NCBI GenBank assembly: GCA_004022145.1
Contig: RCNU01000001.1
Reading direction: 5' to 3' (one strand)
DNA: 64,000 nucleotides
Origin: Paecilomyces variotii
Taxonomy: Eukaryota
Part shown: piece after piece, positions 24,544 to 37,325 of the stretch
Layout: each line of letters opens with the position of its first letter
Position numbering within the stretch: the stretch's first letter is position 1
Made by a program: the position numbers and the translations under genes
The notes under the pieces: generated by a model
Seen by the model: the letters and a program-made list of their open reading frames with translations, nothing else
What the model was told of the DNA's origin: nothing
Databases searched by the model: none

Positions 24544-26421
24544 ATGGGGCTCCTTGAGAATTCTCCTTTGGCCGTTTTCATTTTTTTGCTGATTGTCCTG
24601 GCCTTCTGTGTGCTCATGATACTCTGCAAGGTCTTCTACCGTGTCTATTTATCGAACCTTACTGGGATTCCCGGTCCTTGGTTTGCCAAAGCTACCGGAT
24701 TGTAAGTCTACCCCTGAGGATGGGAAGTCAGTTTCGCCTCTTCTTGATAGTGAGCGTTCCGGTATACTCCATGGATGTCGTATCTGAAAGACTGGAGTAA
24801 CAATATTGGGAAAACTGCTGCCTCAATTCTATGGTCTTCGCGGAAATTTACTGACATATCGATAGATATGAATTCTTTCAGGACTGGCGCCGCTTCGGAA
24901 GGTATTTACAGATGGTCGAACTGCTGCACGACAGAAAGGGCAAGATCATACGTATCTCGCCGCACACTGTCTCCATCGCCGATGCTTCTGTCTATCATCG
25001 ATACCTTCTTGGACGTCGTGATTTCGACTGGCCTAGTTACCCTGACGAGGATATCGTGATAAGACCCTCTCAGTTACAGATGATACCAGCCGCTCATATC
25101 AGAAACGATTACCTTGCACCAGATAGACTGTTTCCACTTGAGCCTCTGATTCTTCAAAAATACGCTGGCTTTTTGCATAATCTTGATCAAGCTCAGGCAG
25201 TCAACAACCCTCTCCGAATGCATATGGTGTTCTTCAGTCTTGCTGCAGGTAGGATTGTCTCCTTTCAATTTCTTGCGATCTACGAGGCACTGATATTTGT
25301 CCAGCGGTGATGAAAGCTTGCTATTTAAAACAAGACCCCACTCCGGCAGATGGATATGGCCTTCAAGGATACGGATACCCGCTTTTTACACAGGAGCCCT
25401 GGTATGTCAGTGGTATTAGGTCGTTCTTTCGAAGCATTGCGAGGAAAGTCGGAGCTATCTGCGGGCCCAGGACACCAAGTGATGTGACAGTCATCAGGGT
25501 GAGTTGACAATACCGCCGCAGCTATACTTCATAAATATGGGCTTACTTGTTCTTCTCTTTCCATAGTGTCTATTCAATGGTATCAGGAATCCGCCAGTCG
25601 CCATAGACGGTTTCACTCAACACGCTTCTCAATATATTCTGAATGACTTCAATCGTATGATGCAGAGACCCCCAACGTACCGCTGGATGAGCGATAACGA
25701 TCTTGTTCTGGATATGTCTGTTCGTCTTAGCCGAGCATTGACTGTACTCTTCAATCAGCTTTTTCATGACAGTGCTCGTCTCTCAGTGCTGCGACACGAG
25801 CTAAGCTCCATCATGGAAGGTCATACACTGAGGCCAGTACTTCATGAACTTATTAGGCTGCCGTATCTGAATTCCTGCGTTCGTGAAGCGTTACGCCTGA
25901 GCGATGCCATGGATAACTGCATCATTCGTTATGAGAATCGGACCAGTTGGGAGTATCAAGATGGCCCCATCACATGGAAGATCCCGCAAGGCACACATGT
26001 CCGTTTCAGTGCGAAGATATTGTTCCAGGATCCACACTTGTTCCCGGACGCACGCTCTTTCCGGCCTGAACGATTCACTGAGACTCCTGAGCTGAAGGAC
26101 CTATTCGACCAATTCACCCGTGGTATGGAAGCAACTGTGGCGACGATGCTCCTGAGCACGGCGTTTCTTTTCCGAAGCTATGCAACGGCGCACCTTGAGC
26201 CGGTGTCGGCTGTAGGCTGGTTTGACCTCCACGCCCCTTACTACCAGGGAGCGGATCGTGAGCTCTTCTGGTTTGGGGGGTTTCCTCTGGTATCACCTGA
26301 GGAGACCAGCCTACAGCACGTCATCCGGCCAAGGCGGTTCACCGACCAGGAGGCGGACCGAGTGAGCCTTGACATCGCGGACCTACGTCCGGAGATGGTT
26401 ATCTTTGGGGATGGCCGGTGA
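24544..26421 (+). CDS. Divergent cytochrome P450-fold protein lacking the heme-ligand cysteine, multi-exon
   Basis: N-terminal TM helix, IPGPWFAKAT, YEF...LH..G.IIRISP, LPYLNSCVREALR (ExxR), IPQGT, FPDARSFRPERF; heme motif reads FTRGMEAT with no Cys. Confidence 0.8.
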
Positions 26422-26758
26422 TCTGTTTGGTGATCTGTTTTGTTTGGTTCTGTCTGCCTTTCTTTGATCATGTGATCAAATCTGATAGGAAATGATAGGT
26501 GTATCTATGCAGAATGGGCATGAAGCCCACCTCCATAGTATTTGTACCCTTTTATCGATAGTACAGTTATGGACCTTTGGAGGACTCCACTAGGCCAGAA
26601 TAACTGATTCTTGATCTATTTAAGTCGGTGAAAAGTTCCCCTAATTGATACAAACGGACTTCTTGCCCTCATCTCAAGCCGTTTCGACTCCCTTAATAGC
26701 ATCATCAGGTGTAGTACTTCACACCTCTAACCCCCTCTGATTCTTGCAGGAAAAGAAC

Positions 26759-28185
26759 TCAATACGTACCGCTGGTCAAATTCGCCGGCAACTTAACATT
26801 GTCCCAGACATCGGCCAACCAGTCCAGCGTGACTTGGGCCAACTGGGCTTCGGCACCGAGCTGACAGTGTTCGCCAGCACCAAGATCCGTGCGGAAGAGG
26901 TTGAAGGCACCTCTACTTCCCAGCCACTTGAACATTTCCTCGGGCTGGTTCGGTGCAGTGCTATCATCTTCGCCTTTTCCAATGAAAGCAGGGAATTTGA
27001 TATTGGCGAGGACAGTTTCATTAGCGGCGTACGCGGGCAAACGCCGCCACCAGTCGGAAGGACTGTCTGTGTTGAAAGTGAACAACGATTGGGCGAGGAT
27101 CCAACGCAACTGAGTTGGCATAGAGGTGTTGTGTATCGTGGAAATGAGGGCCTCGTCGAACTCGGCATAATGGCCAGTGTTGTAGAGGTCCAATAGCGCA
27201 GGGTCGAACTGGCTTTCGAAAACTGAATACATGTCACTCAAGCCGTCGATAGATAGCACCGCAGACAGACGAGGCTCGTGGGATGCAGCGAGTGGAGCAA
27301 GTTGGCCGCCGAAGGAAACGCCCGTCAGCGCAACCCGGTTCATGTCGACGTCGCTGCGAGTGGCTAGGTAGTCTACGACAGGCGTGACAACGTTCCACCA
27401 GTCTGGGATGAAGCCGAGATTCTGCTCGCGGAGAACGGTTGGCTGGCCGGGCCCTTCGTAGGTAATGATGTTCCAACCGCGGGCGAGGATCTCAACGCCC
27501 GTCTCGTGGAATAAGTCCTCCTGTGTACCATCGTATCCAGTTCCGACGATGATTGTCGGCAGTCGCTTATTGCTTGACTGTCCTTTGAAGAACCTGACAG
27601 GTACAGAGAAATGACCGTTCGGGACGTTGGGACTAGAGGCCGAGAGATTGGCCTTGATGGCAGGCTGAGGAAGCAGGGCTGCAGCTTTGTCGAAGTCCGC
27701 AACAGAGAGAGCTCCCATCTCATTGATTCGTGGATCACTCGCATTCGCATGCAGGAAGAACGGAGCATAGCGGTAGTAAGTGGATGAGCGAAAGTAAGCT
27801 GATCGAGCTGAGGCTGGGAAGCGCGAGGCGTTGATAGCGATGGCCTTAGCATGAATGGAGTCACCCAAGAACAGGAATTCTTTATACCAGCTCTCAAAGT
27901 CACCGGGGACGATTTGGCTTGCCGCTCGCAAGACCTCGCCTATCTGAGCACCCTGATTATTGCTGAGCGACAGGACGCTCTCCAAGACGAAAGAGAACTC
28001 GGTGTTGTTGCTGAGAGGGAACATGGCGGACGAGTCCTCTGATACCTGAGCAAGCTAAAGAGTATTGTAAGTATCAATGACAATTTCCAGGGGCAAAAAA
28101 AGAGAAGAAAATTGACTGGTTAAGTACTTACTACAGGTAGGATCAACGGTGCGCTCAGTAGAGCCAAAGTATTGATGACACGCAT
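26759..28185 (-). CDS. Secreted alpha/beta hydrolase (2,6-dihydropseudooxynicotine hydrolase-like family), short signal-peptide exon plus long exon
   Basis: MRVINTLALLSAPLILP signal-like exon; GYDG, YEGPGQ, nucleophile motif GVSFGG and GAGEHCQ. Confidence 0.88.
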
Positions 28186-31040
28186 AGTGGTTGTTGGAAC
28201 TCGACGAGGACCAAGGTTGGAATTGCTGTAATTTCTCCGATTCTCACAATTGATGAATCAAGTAGACCAGCCGGAGAAGTAGGGTCCTGCTGGCTTATAC
28301 AACGTTCTTGTACTGGTTGCCGTAGCTTAGCATTGTCATTCTATATATGGCTCCGCCTCTCCAGGAAAGGCTTCAAGGTTGAAGTTTTGCTGTGCTGTAA
28401 GTAGAGTTGACATCTTACATGTGTCTGAACTAAAATAACGCGGCTCGCATGGCTTTCCTAAGAAAGTAAGTACGTGATCAGAATAAGAGAAAACGGGGCC
28501 TGAAGACGATGTGGATCAAATAAATGTAAAGAAGTCCAGCTCGATCTGGTTACTTGATTACTGTAGGGCTAGCGGTGCACTCCAAATAAAGACGACTGTA
28601 CTAGCCATCTTCAGCAATTTCGTCGGTATAAACCAAGCACTTCGTTGGTAGCACGCAATGCTAGGCCTTCTGCCGTAATTTAGGCCGTTTCTGTATTCTC
28701 ACCATACAAGCTTTGATTGTGGCTTGGAGCGCAGATGAAGAGTCTGTTGTCAGTAGCTTCGGCAAGTACCACTGGGAGCCTTGCATGAGACGTGGCTCTC
28801 TCATCGTTTGAAATAGGCGGGGGAAGTATATCTACTGGGGAATTCGGTAAAGTCAACTGGTCCATCATTCTCCGTCTAAGGCATCCTACATACAGTCAGG
28901 TCAATGCATACCCCAGCCCTAGCTTTCCTCTGTAGACCATCGTCGGGTAGTGGAAGCATTTGACCAGAATGGCAAGGACTTCGTACGCTAAAGCACGAGA
29001 GGGCTCAGACAACCCACAGTGGAACGTGGCTTGGCTTTAGAGCCAAGATGATCCTCGTCGTAAAGGGAGGATATAAGCAACACAAGCTTTGGGGGCCAAA
29101 ACTAGTGTTAGAATAGTCCTAAAGTGGAGGCTAATGAGATGTATCTAGCGGCAGAGCGCCTTATCCTAGAGACCCTAGTACCCTATAGACCGTTGGTATC
29201 TGTGAATCAACTAGTCGCGTTAGTTTTGCCCGTTCGTCATTCAATATGCCATATTATTATCATCGCTCACCGTGTCCTGATCAATCAGACTTCGAACTCT
29301 ACTTCCCATACGTCCTGCGCGAACTTCTTCAACTTATGAATGGTAAAAGTGATATCTCTTTCAACGCCAGACGGTAGTCGAAGAAATAGATGGTCGGATT
29401 TAATCACCAGAGGATCTGGGTTGGTATTTTGCACAGCTCTGCCATTCTGGGATAGTACATTTCGATATACTCTCTCAGTACCGTGCCATTGGCAAATTGT
29501 TATCTCCTTTCTTCCATTTTAGCCATTTCTTCCAGTTCAATTTTCTATATGCACCCTGGGCGATGGTCGCTTCAGTCTCTTTCTCTACGGTCAGTGCCAT
29601 CGCCGTGCTCGTCGGGTTGTCTTTGGAAGTTGTGACCGTAGGGTTGCCTTGAAAAGTTGTTACCCTGACGTTGATATGAGAGTTGGTATGGCGTAGGTCA
29701 ACGCGCTTTAAGGTCGGCCTGCTGGAACTTACAATAATGGTTGTCCGGCGGTCGCTGGGTGTAGATAATCCAACCGTGCCGACCCAGAGATGGCGTAATG
29801 GCTGGCGGCTCGGGCGAATCTTGACCAGACGTTCCTATACTATATGATCGCGTGTTAGCCATGAGAAAGCGTCAACAATCGAAGAGAACTTGCCCTGGAG
29901 AGCACCTTCGACGTGTCTTCGGGGTTCGCCATTCGTGGCTTATTATGGTAGTCCTGCAGGACGTGATGAAGACAGTAGAAGCTCCAGCGAGTCCCGAAGA
30001 GGGCCGCTTCGGATTGTAGGTCTCATTTGAATTTGGCGGTTTAAGTATGAATTAGACACGTTTTTAATCTCTAGGTTGATGGACATCTGCGTTTATATCA
30101 TATGCCTGTTCGCAAACTTCTAGGTGCTCCGCTCCTGCTTTTTTTAAACAATGAGTGACTAGCAGACCATCGACGCGGAAAAAAAATGAGACTTACTATC
30201 TTGCGGACGTGTTGGTATTTACCCATAAACCCTTTCTTACTGAACTAGCCCTTTGAAATGGTGTGTGCCTTGATGAGGAGCTAGTTCCATAATGGGTTCC
30301 TGAAGCGCTCCATGCATTGTTCGATGTCTGGCATGTTGATTGAGAGCAATTGTAATAGCAGACTTAACATCACCAGTAGATTCTGTCATTCACCAATTGA
30401 CATCTGATTCCAGTTTACGTTGTACTTCTGAATAGCCAACTTCCACGACTAGACTCGGCCACGGATTGGTTCCATAGATTGGTAGGCTTTATGGACTTCG
30501 ATTCTGGCCTCAGATATATAAGAAACTTCTAATCAGTGGTATAACCACATGCCAGTTATAGACAGGCCATTGAAGAATTATAATTTTGCTTGGGCATAGC
30601 GGTAACCGGGGCACGCAAAGTTTCTAGGAGCATAGAATAAAGAAGAGAAAAGAAGGAGGGCAGAGGGAAAAGAGGGGTTAGAAGGGAATAAAGTGTCCTT
30701 CTGCAGTGTGAATTTGAAGACAGATGAATGGGCCAGACGTCACTGTACAGATGCGGAGAGACGGGATAACTAGACCATATGTTGACTATGAAACCTATGG
30801 ATCGTTATCACTTCAAATCCTGTATGTTTGAAGTGCTGACATTTTGAAGGGGCCACTTTCCTTAGAGGCTGGTAGGATGCTCAAGAACGTAGAGTGTGCT
30901 ATGGAAACGAGCCTAGCTTTTGCTTGACTGATCAAATAAAACGATAGTTAATGCCATTATCAAATCGACATGTCCTCGTAACATCGCATAGTCTCATATC
31001 AAGCCCCCCTCTTTATTGCTAAATAGCATAGAATCACCCC

Positions 31041-31835
31041 CTAATCCACTCTCTTCTTAGCCTTCAATCTATCCGTCCCATGAAACCAATCCAACAACCC
31101 AATAGTCCCATAATTCAAATTAAACTTCTCATGATGCAAATCATGCGTCCTCGCAAGGCTGTAGAAGAAATCGTATCCACTATGCACCGTCGCAGTCTCA
31201 AAAAGCTCATATGCGAGGAATATCCAGAAGGTAAGGATATGGCTTCCTAGTAGCTGTGGCGGCAGTGAGATTGGGAGTACGTTTGCCACGAGATGTTCGA
31301 AGGGATGCGCGTACTGCGCTGCAAGGGCAATAGGTGCTGTGAAGCGATGATGTTGCTTGTGGATGGGTCCGTAAAGCTTTGGATTATGAAAGATACGATG
31401 AACGTAGTAGAACATGATTTCGCGCATGAGGAGACAGCCAGTCAGATCCACTGCGATCTCGGAGAATGGGGGGAACGATGATTCAACGCGATAAGATGAT
31501 GGATTTAGTCTGGTATGGCTGGCGATATAAAGTTGGCCGATATGGAATGCTGCAGACATTATCTGATTCCGTGCCACTACCCTCGCACACTGTAATATAT
31601 CTCGCTTCGAAGGTTGTCGCGGGATCGGTTGTAGTTTATGACGGTGCGAGAATGACGGGGCCCAGGCATCCAGGGACAGGTAGATGGAGCATAAGACCCA
31701 GAAGAACAGGATTTGGACGATAAGTGTTCCAACAAACTCGATTGTTTGAGGAGAACACGACTCTGTCGTTTGCCTCCACGCCCGTTGCACCCTGTCGATT
31801 ATCTCAGCGGTCTTTTCAGATGCGAATATATCCAT
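31041..31835 (-). CDS. Fatty acid hydroxylase / sterol desaturase superfamily protein (C-4 methylsterol oxidase-like)
   Basis: His boxes FYYVHRIFH, IHKQHH, YAHPFEH, HSGYDF, HDLHH and NYG..GLLDW.HGT. Confidence 0.9.
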   Translation of the reverse strand: MDIFASEKTAEIIDRVQRAWRQTTESCSPQTIEFVGTLIVQILFFWVLCSIYLSLDAWAPSFSHRHKLQPIPRQPSKRDILQCARVVARNQIMSAAFHIGQLYIASHTRLNPSSYRVESSFPPFSEIAVDLTGCLLMREIMFYYVHRIFHNPKLYGPIHKQHHRFTAPIALAAQYAHPFEHLVANVLPISLPPQLLGSHILTFWIFLAYELFETATVHSGYDFFYSLARTHDLHHEKFNLNYGTIGLLDWFHGTDRLKAKKRVD

Positions 31836-32373
31836 CTCCTCGTCTATAATCGCTGCCAGTTAACCAGGTTCGGTTTTCAATCCTGCCGGCCAGATGGTGA
31901 AGAAGTTTTGCGATGCAGTATATAGATAGAGCAACTATTGTCACAACTCTAGCTTTTGGTTTTGAGGGAAAGTCTCAGAGTCTTCAAACCGAAGTGTGAA
32001 CCTCGGTTCGACTCGAGGCTCGACCGTCCAATGCTCTAGAGCATGAAGAGCATTGTCCAGTAAATGCACACAGAATCCGGGGAAATATCCCCTCATTGGC
32101 CTGGAAAAGATGACTAGAACCAAGCCATCTGCATAGCGCCGATCAACCACCAGAGTGCGGGGGAAACGCTCCCTGCACCGCCGAGGCTCAACTTTGCGCA
32201 ACAATATCTACTGGTCCATGTGCCATCATAATTGTAGCATTACGTTAGACGACTAATCAAGAAGAGTCCAAGTTCAAGAAAAGAAACGATCTTGGTATTA
32301 TTATAGATACTAAGGAGCTTTGCAAGGCTATTTCAAAAGCTCCAGGCCCTTTTCATCGGAGAAACACCAATGA

Positions 32374-33979
32374 TTATGCGTGAATGTACTGTTGCACTCG
32401 GGGGTACAAATGGACCATTCGATCATAGAGGTCAGGGTGGTCGCGCATCATAACCTGTGGATCCCATCCCATTGCGACGAAGATGGTGTCCACGCCGCTC
32501 CCAATTGGCGTCAGCAAGATCTGGCAGATCTGCAAGCCGATAACGAAGGAGAAAGCCATAATCACTGCCGTGAAGTTCCCACCACTGTTGTATGCAGGGT
32601 GGGTGAATTGCAGGTACAGGTAGGAGAACAACGCACAGAGGTAGGCAACGAAGACGGAGCCCATGGTCAGCACAGGGCCGATGAGGCAGTCCTGAACAAG
32701 AGCGTCCATTCCACGGTCCTTCATCATCGTCCAGGTGTCCTTCGCGGATGGTATATAGGCCTTTCCGTATAAAGCGATGTGGCAGAAGGCATAACGATTG
32801 AAGAAGGTCACAAGCCAGTCCAGGAACCCGATGAAACAACTGAGGATCCAGGCGAAGATGCTCCCGACAATGTTTCCGTCCTGGGCTTCCTGTTGCTGGG
32901 CCACGGAACACGCCTGACGGAGCATATGAATGAAGGCAATAATCAGACTTCCGAAACTGATGCTACCGAAAGAATAGGTTGTCGCCCGCTTGAAGGCACC
33001 GCGAGTAGCGCCTCTGGGCAGACCGCCAGGTGCCCGACTGTAGTAATACCACGAGCCATAGACACCAGCAATCGTTGTATGAACTGTGTTCTTGAGCCAC
33101 TCGCTGAACCAGTACATGGCGAACGTAATATAAACTATCAGACCAATCACCTTGGCTCTGCTGCAGCCACCACTGGAACAGGCTGGATTATCCCCATTGC
33201 TGGATGGTTCAAACGACACATAGATGGCGACTAGCGTCACAGAGAACCAAGCAGAGAACGCGACGGCCACGATGCTACCGACAAGGCTCACGAAAAAGAC
33301 GTGTCCGGTGCTCCGAGCGACGTCGATGGAAGTTTGCAGCATCAGAGCGCTGAATGGAATGCGGGGAATCCAGCTGACGAAGCATATGATGGCGAAGACG
33401 CCGAAAATCAGGAAGACGATACCGGCGCCCCATTGGTGTCGCACGAGATAGTAAATAGCAGTTCCAATGGCAAAGACGATGTTGAGAATGCCTGTGACCC
33501 AGATAAAAAGTTTCGTGAAGTATCGAGCACCCAGGAAGTAGGCCCAGGAAAAGGCTAAGGCGATACAGAGGACGAAGACAAACAAGACCAGTGTGTTGGT
33601 ATCCAGCGAGAAGGTATTCGATGAGTCGTAGATACCGTCGCCATTGAAGCCTTTGTACTTGGCATACCTGTGGATCGTGTAACCAGACACTGCAACAAAC
33701 CCCAGGAAGCTTGCGATGAACTGTTCATAATATCTATTAGAAAAGCTCTGGTCGCATATGTCGAAAGACACCAACCAAGAGTCCTGCCCATATATCATTG
33801 AATTTTGGCTTCTCGATCTTGAACACTTCTTCGTACGATGGAGGAGGCGCGCCTGCTGTGTACTGAGGGGGGTATTCCTCTTTCTTCGAATCTGGAGCTG
33901 CATACTCAGGTTGCGGCGGGGGCTGAGCTTGAGGTTGCTCATACCCCCCGTTGTAATAACCAGCTGCTTCCCCGCTCAT
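32374..33979 (-). CDS. pns1: Pns1 / choline transporter-like family membrane protein, 2 exons
   Basis: FKIEKPKFNDIWAG, many TM segments, RATTYSFGSISFGSL and FNRYAFCHIALYGKAY; intron at about 33724-33776. Confidence 0.92.
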
Positions 33980-35564
33980 AGTGACCGCCCAACAGTGTAG
34001 TCGAGGCCGTCGATCGAGTAAGAATATGAAGAGGGAAGAGAAAATGAAGATGAGGTTTTCCGCAGACTGAAGTCATTTTAGGAGAAAGAATGCTGGCATG
34101 GAAGCCACGCTGCCAAGCCACGGCCCTCTTTCTTACTTGTCCGCATGCAGCGCTCAAATCTGGGAAGAACATGTGGGCTTGGTTGCACATCATAGCTGAA
34201 GGCTAGAAAGCAACTGAGAAGGTCGATCAGTGATATGGCTTTTGACAGTCCTTGGTTCTCTTAGGGGTGGCTTGCATCGCCATGGCGCTTGACGTCAGAA
34301 GCGAGATCCTAGCTTGTACTCTATCCGGTGCTAGGAATGATACATCCCAACAACAATCCGCTACTCTTCAGAGCTATTCCCTCTAGCGCCATCTCGATTA
34401 CCGCATCGGTTCAGCATTTAATTAACATGCTTCTTTAGGTTTTTGATATCCGTACCTCCATACCCAATGGAACCCTTCCAAGTTCCCACGTATTCGGTGC
34501 CACAGCGCTATGCCGCTTGCCGAAGTAGATCCAGAGATCTGGAGTTACACAACATAGACCCATCAATTATTATGGGTTTGGTTTCCTTTATTTTATGCAG
34601 TGGACAGCAGGCGACAAATTGTTTTCACGGTGGATCGCCTCATGATTCTCACCCGCGCGTGTCCCGAAAAAGTGTCAAATGTACAGTACTTGACAGTTAC
34701 TGCGTACTCTGGGCTTAAAGGGTGGAAATCCGTGGTGGGATGAACTATGAGAATCCAAAGTTCCGAGGATCCCACGTTCCTGAAAGTCAATGTGAGCCTA
34801 ACAGGACTAGTTATATAAGGTTTCTTGTCCCCGTCTCTTTTATAGCCGTAACTACTTTTTTTTTTTTCAAGAGTTGCGAGAGCCACTATCAAAATATGCT
34901 ATCTGTTCTACAAAAGGTGACGGGCAGCTAATGACGATACTCTCGACCAGATAGTGAATGATCTCTCATATCACCTTCATTTCCGCTGCGGGGTATCATT
35001 CAAACGTCTAAGCTATTGATCTTCTATTTAAAAGAAAGTACTTGATAGGATTCAGCTGTCTTTCACAATGCATATGAAATAACTAGCACGATTTATCTCG
35101 ATTACTTTTTTTAATTTCTATAGTAACAATTTCACTCTTCCCTTGAATTCAGATTATTCCGCTACCTACACGATTGGTTTCCCCATCTCCTATCTAACCA
35201 AGAGGCTCTGCTTATCGCTTCAGTAGAGTGAGTCTACGACAAATACGGCAGAACTTGAACACAAGCTTCCTAGGTGCATGAGACCCTAGAAAAGACTTCG
35301 TCTGGTGCTATCGATGTATCTTCTTCGCTTGACTGAGGAGAGAATATTGTTTCTGCAGTCGGCAAGAGCAATATGTGCTCCAACTCATAACAAAGAACCA
35401 GGCTTGAAGCCCAGCAACACTTTCAATACGCGTCTATCTGACCCAGCGCTTTTAAATCACTACACCTCACATTGAAATTCACATCTCTCTTTCTCTCTCT
35501 CTTCCACCACACAGTATCAACGTCATAAAATAACTCTCCTGCGTTTTCTCAGAGACGATAGAAA

Positions 35565-36827
35565 ATGTCGCTTCAAGATTTGCCAACAGAGATACTCCTC
35601 ATGTGCCTCCAGAAACTTGACAGGCCTGACTACCGGTATCGCCGCTTTTATGCTTGGGCTAATATTCGCCTTACGTGCAGACGATTCGCCAGACTGGTGA
35701 TCCCGCTTTTATTCAGCAAAATCACAGTTCAGTTTTCGAGCACTTGTTTACAGCGGCTGGAGAGACTATCCCAGAACCCGAGTATTGCAGGATCCATTAC
35801 TCATGTCACGATAGCTCTCCCGTGTTACGATCCTGCAATGCTAGAGGACTTCTCACTTTTTGTCCGTTCCCGTGCCTACGCCCTAGAACTCTCTATGATA
35901 GTAATATGGCATGATTCTACGACTGGAAAAATATTCGAAGAGATAGAAGAAGAACGCAGTCGGATTTTGTCGACATGGGACGCAGTCGGAGATGGAGACT
36001 ACGATATCGATCACATTGACCAGAACTTGAAGTTATTGCAGCAGAGTCATCAGAACTACCAGAAGTTGTACTGTGACCAGCAGGAGCGTAAGCCGGTCAT
36101 GCTGCTTTCTGAGATCCTCAAACGGCTGAACAACCTTCAACAAATCAGCATAGACGACTCTGTTCAAGAAGAAGGACACGTCGATGAGAAAGGACACCTG
36201 GTTCTGGCTTGGGAATCGGGTTACATACCAGCGTCTATGTGGTCCGGATCGGAATTTGGTCCAAATATTGCAACTCCTTGGAAGCTGATCGCCGACATCT
36301 TTGATACTATGGAAATGTTGTCTGTGCATCCCGCAAAGTTTTGCTTGGATATATATGAGGCTATCTTTGATCCCAGGGCATTCCAGATGTCCCCAGAATG
36401 TCTTGTTCGCATTGGTGATATTCTGAAAGATACGAAGTCGATTCGTGTCCATATCGAGCAAGCATATAAGGACAGGGACGACATCGAGGACGACATTGAA
36501 TCTGTGGGACTCTTAACAAACGCTCTGTGTAATGTGGCCTCACTGCAGGAGCTTGAACTGTCTTTTTTGTGCATTGATGGTTACCGCCCTGCAGCTTTTG
36601 TCCTGCCACTAGGGAAAACAACGTGGGTACATCTGAGGACTCTCAAACTACGGCGCATTGCTTTCACACGCGAGAAATTCCGAATGTTACTGCAGCAATG
36701 TAATAAAGATGTGCTGGAGGATGTGCACCTGCACGATGTGGAGTCGCCCTCTATGTCCCGGCAGGATGTTAGCGAGGACCTGAAGAGCTTCACCAAGGTG
36801 AGGAAGATCATATGGCGCGACGCCTAA
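35565..36827 (+). CDS. F-box-like domain protein with C-terminal LRR-like segment, intronless
   Basis: 420-aa ORF starting LQDLPTEILLMC..IRLTCRRFARL..PLLF; C-terminal LQELELSF / LRTLKLRRI / LEDVHLHDV repeats. Confidence 0.75.
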   Translation: MSLQDLPTEILLMCLQKLDRPDYRYRRFYAWANIRLTCRRFARLVIPLLFSKITVQFSSTCLQRLERLSQNPSIAGSITHVTIALPCYDPAMLEDFSLFVRSRAYALELSMIVIWHDSTTGKIFEEIEEERSRILSTWDAVGDGDYDIDHIDQNLKLLQQSHQNYQKLYCDQQERKPVMLLSEILKRLNNLQQISIDDSVQEEGHVDEKGHLVLAWESGYIPASMWSGSEFGPNIATPWKLIADIFDTMEMLSVHPAKFCLDIYEAIFDPRAFQMSPECLVRIGDILKDTKSIRVHIEQAYKDRDDIEDDIESVGLLTNALCNVASLQELELSFLCIDGYRPAAFVLPLGKTTWVHLRTLKLRRIAFTREKFRMLLQQCNKDVLEDVHLHDVESPSMSRQDVSEDLKSFTKVRKIIWRDA

Positions 36828-37325
36828 TCGCTGGAATTTTATCAAGCATCTATCCCCGAGGGTGCAGACTCCTCCCGAAAACAGTTCACCTAGGAGATCG
36901 AGAAGCATAATTTTGCGGACCTCATGCTTAATTTCAGCTACTGGTGCTTATTTAGAATACAATTTTTCTTTGGTGGAATTGGAGGGCGGGGGGAATCTAC
37001 TATGACTACTTCATGGTTCTCGTCCCTAACTAGCAATCTGATTCTAATTCGCCACTTGTCAATATTTCCTGTCAGTTTTCTTGTCTAAGAGGTACAGCTG
37101 AATCTCAATCATGTCCAATATTCATTTTTTTCTGAGAATTGTATTTACCAGAATCAATTCTCTCTGTTCTCAGAACATCATTCGATTAGCGCTGTATTTA
37201 GTAATTGCTGCCTGAACGAGATGAGTTTGCCCTTTAAAAACGCCTTGAATGATCACATAAAATACAATCCGCTACTACCATATCAAAATCAATATAGATC
37301 CATTTCATCCACTCCTCATTCAACC

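Noticed and set aside
32001..32018. CCTCG-GTTCGACT-CGAGG hairpin resembling a tRNA T-arm or B-box
   Set aside because: No acceptor, D or anticodon stems could be built around it
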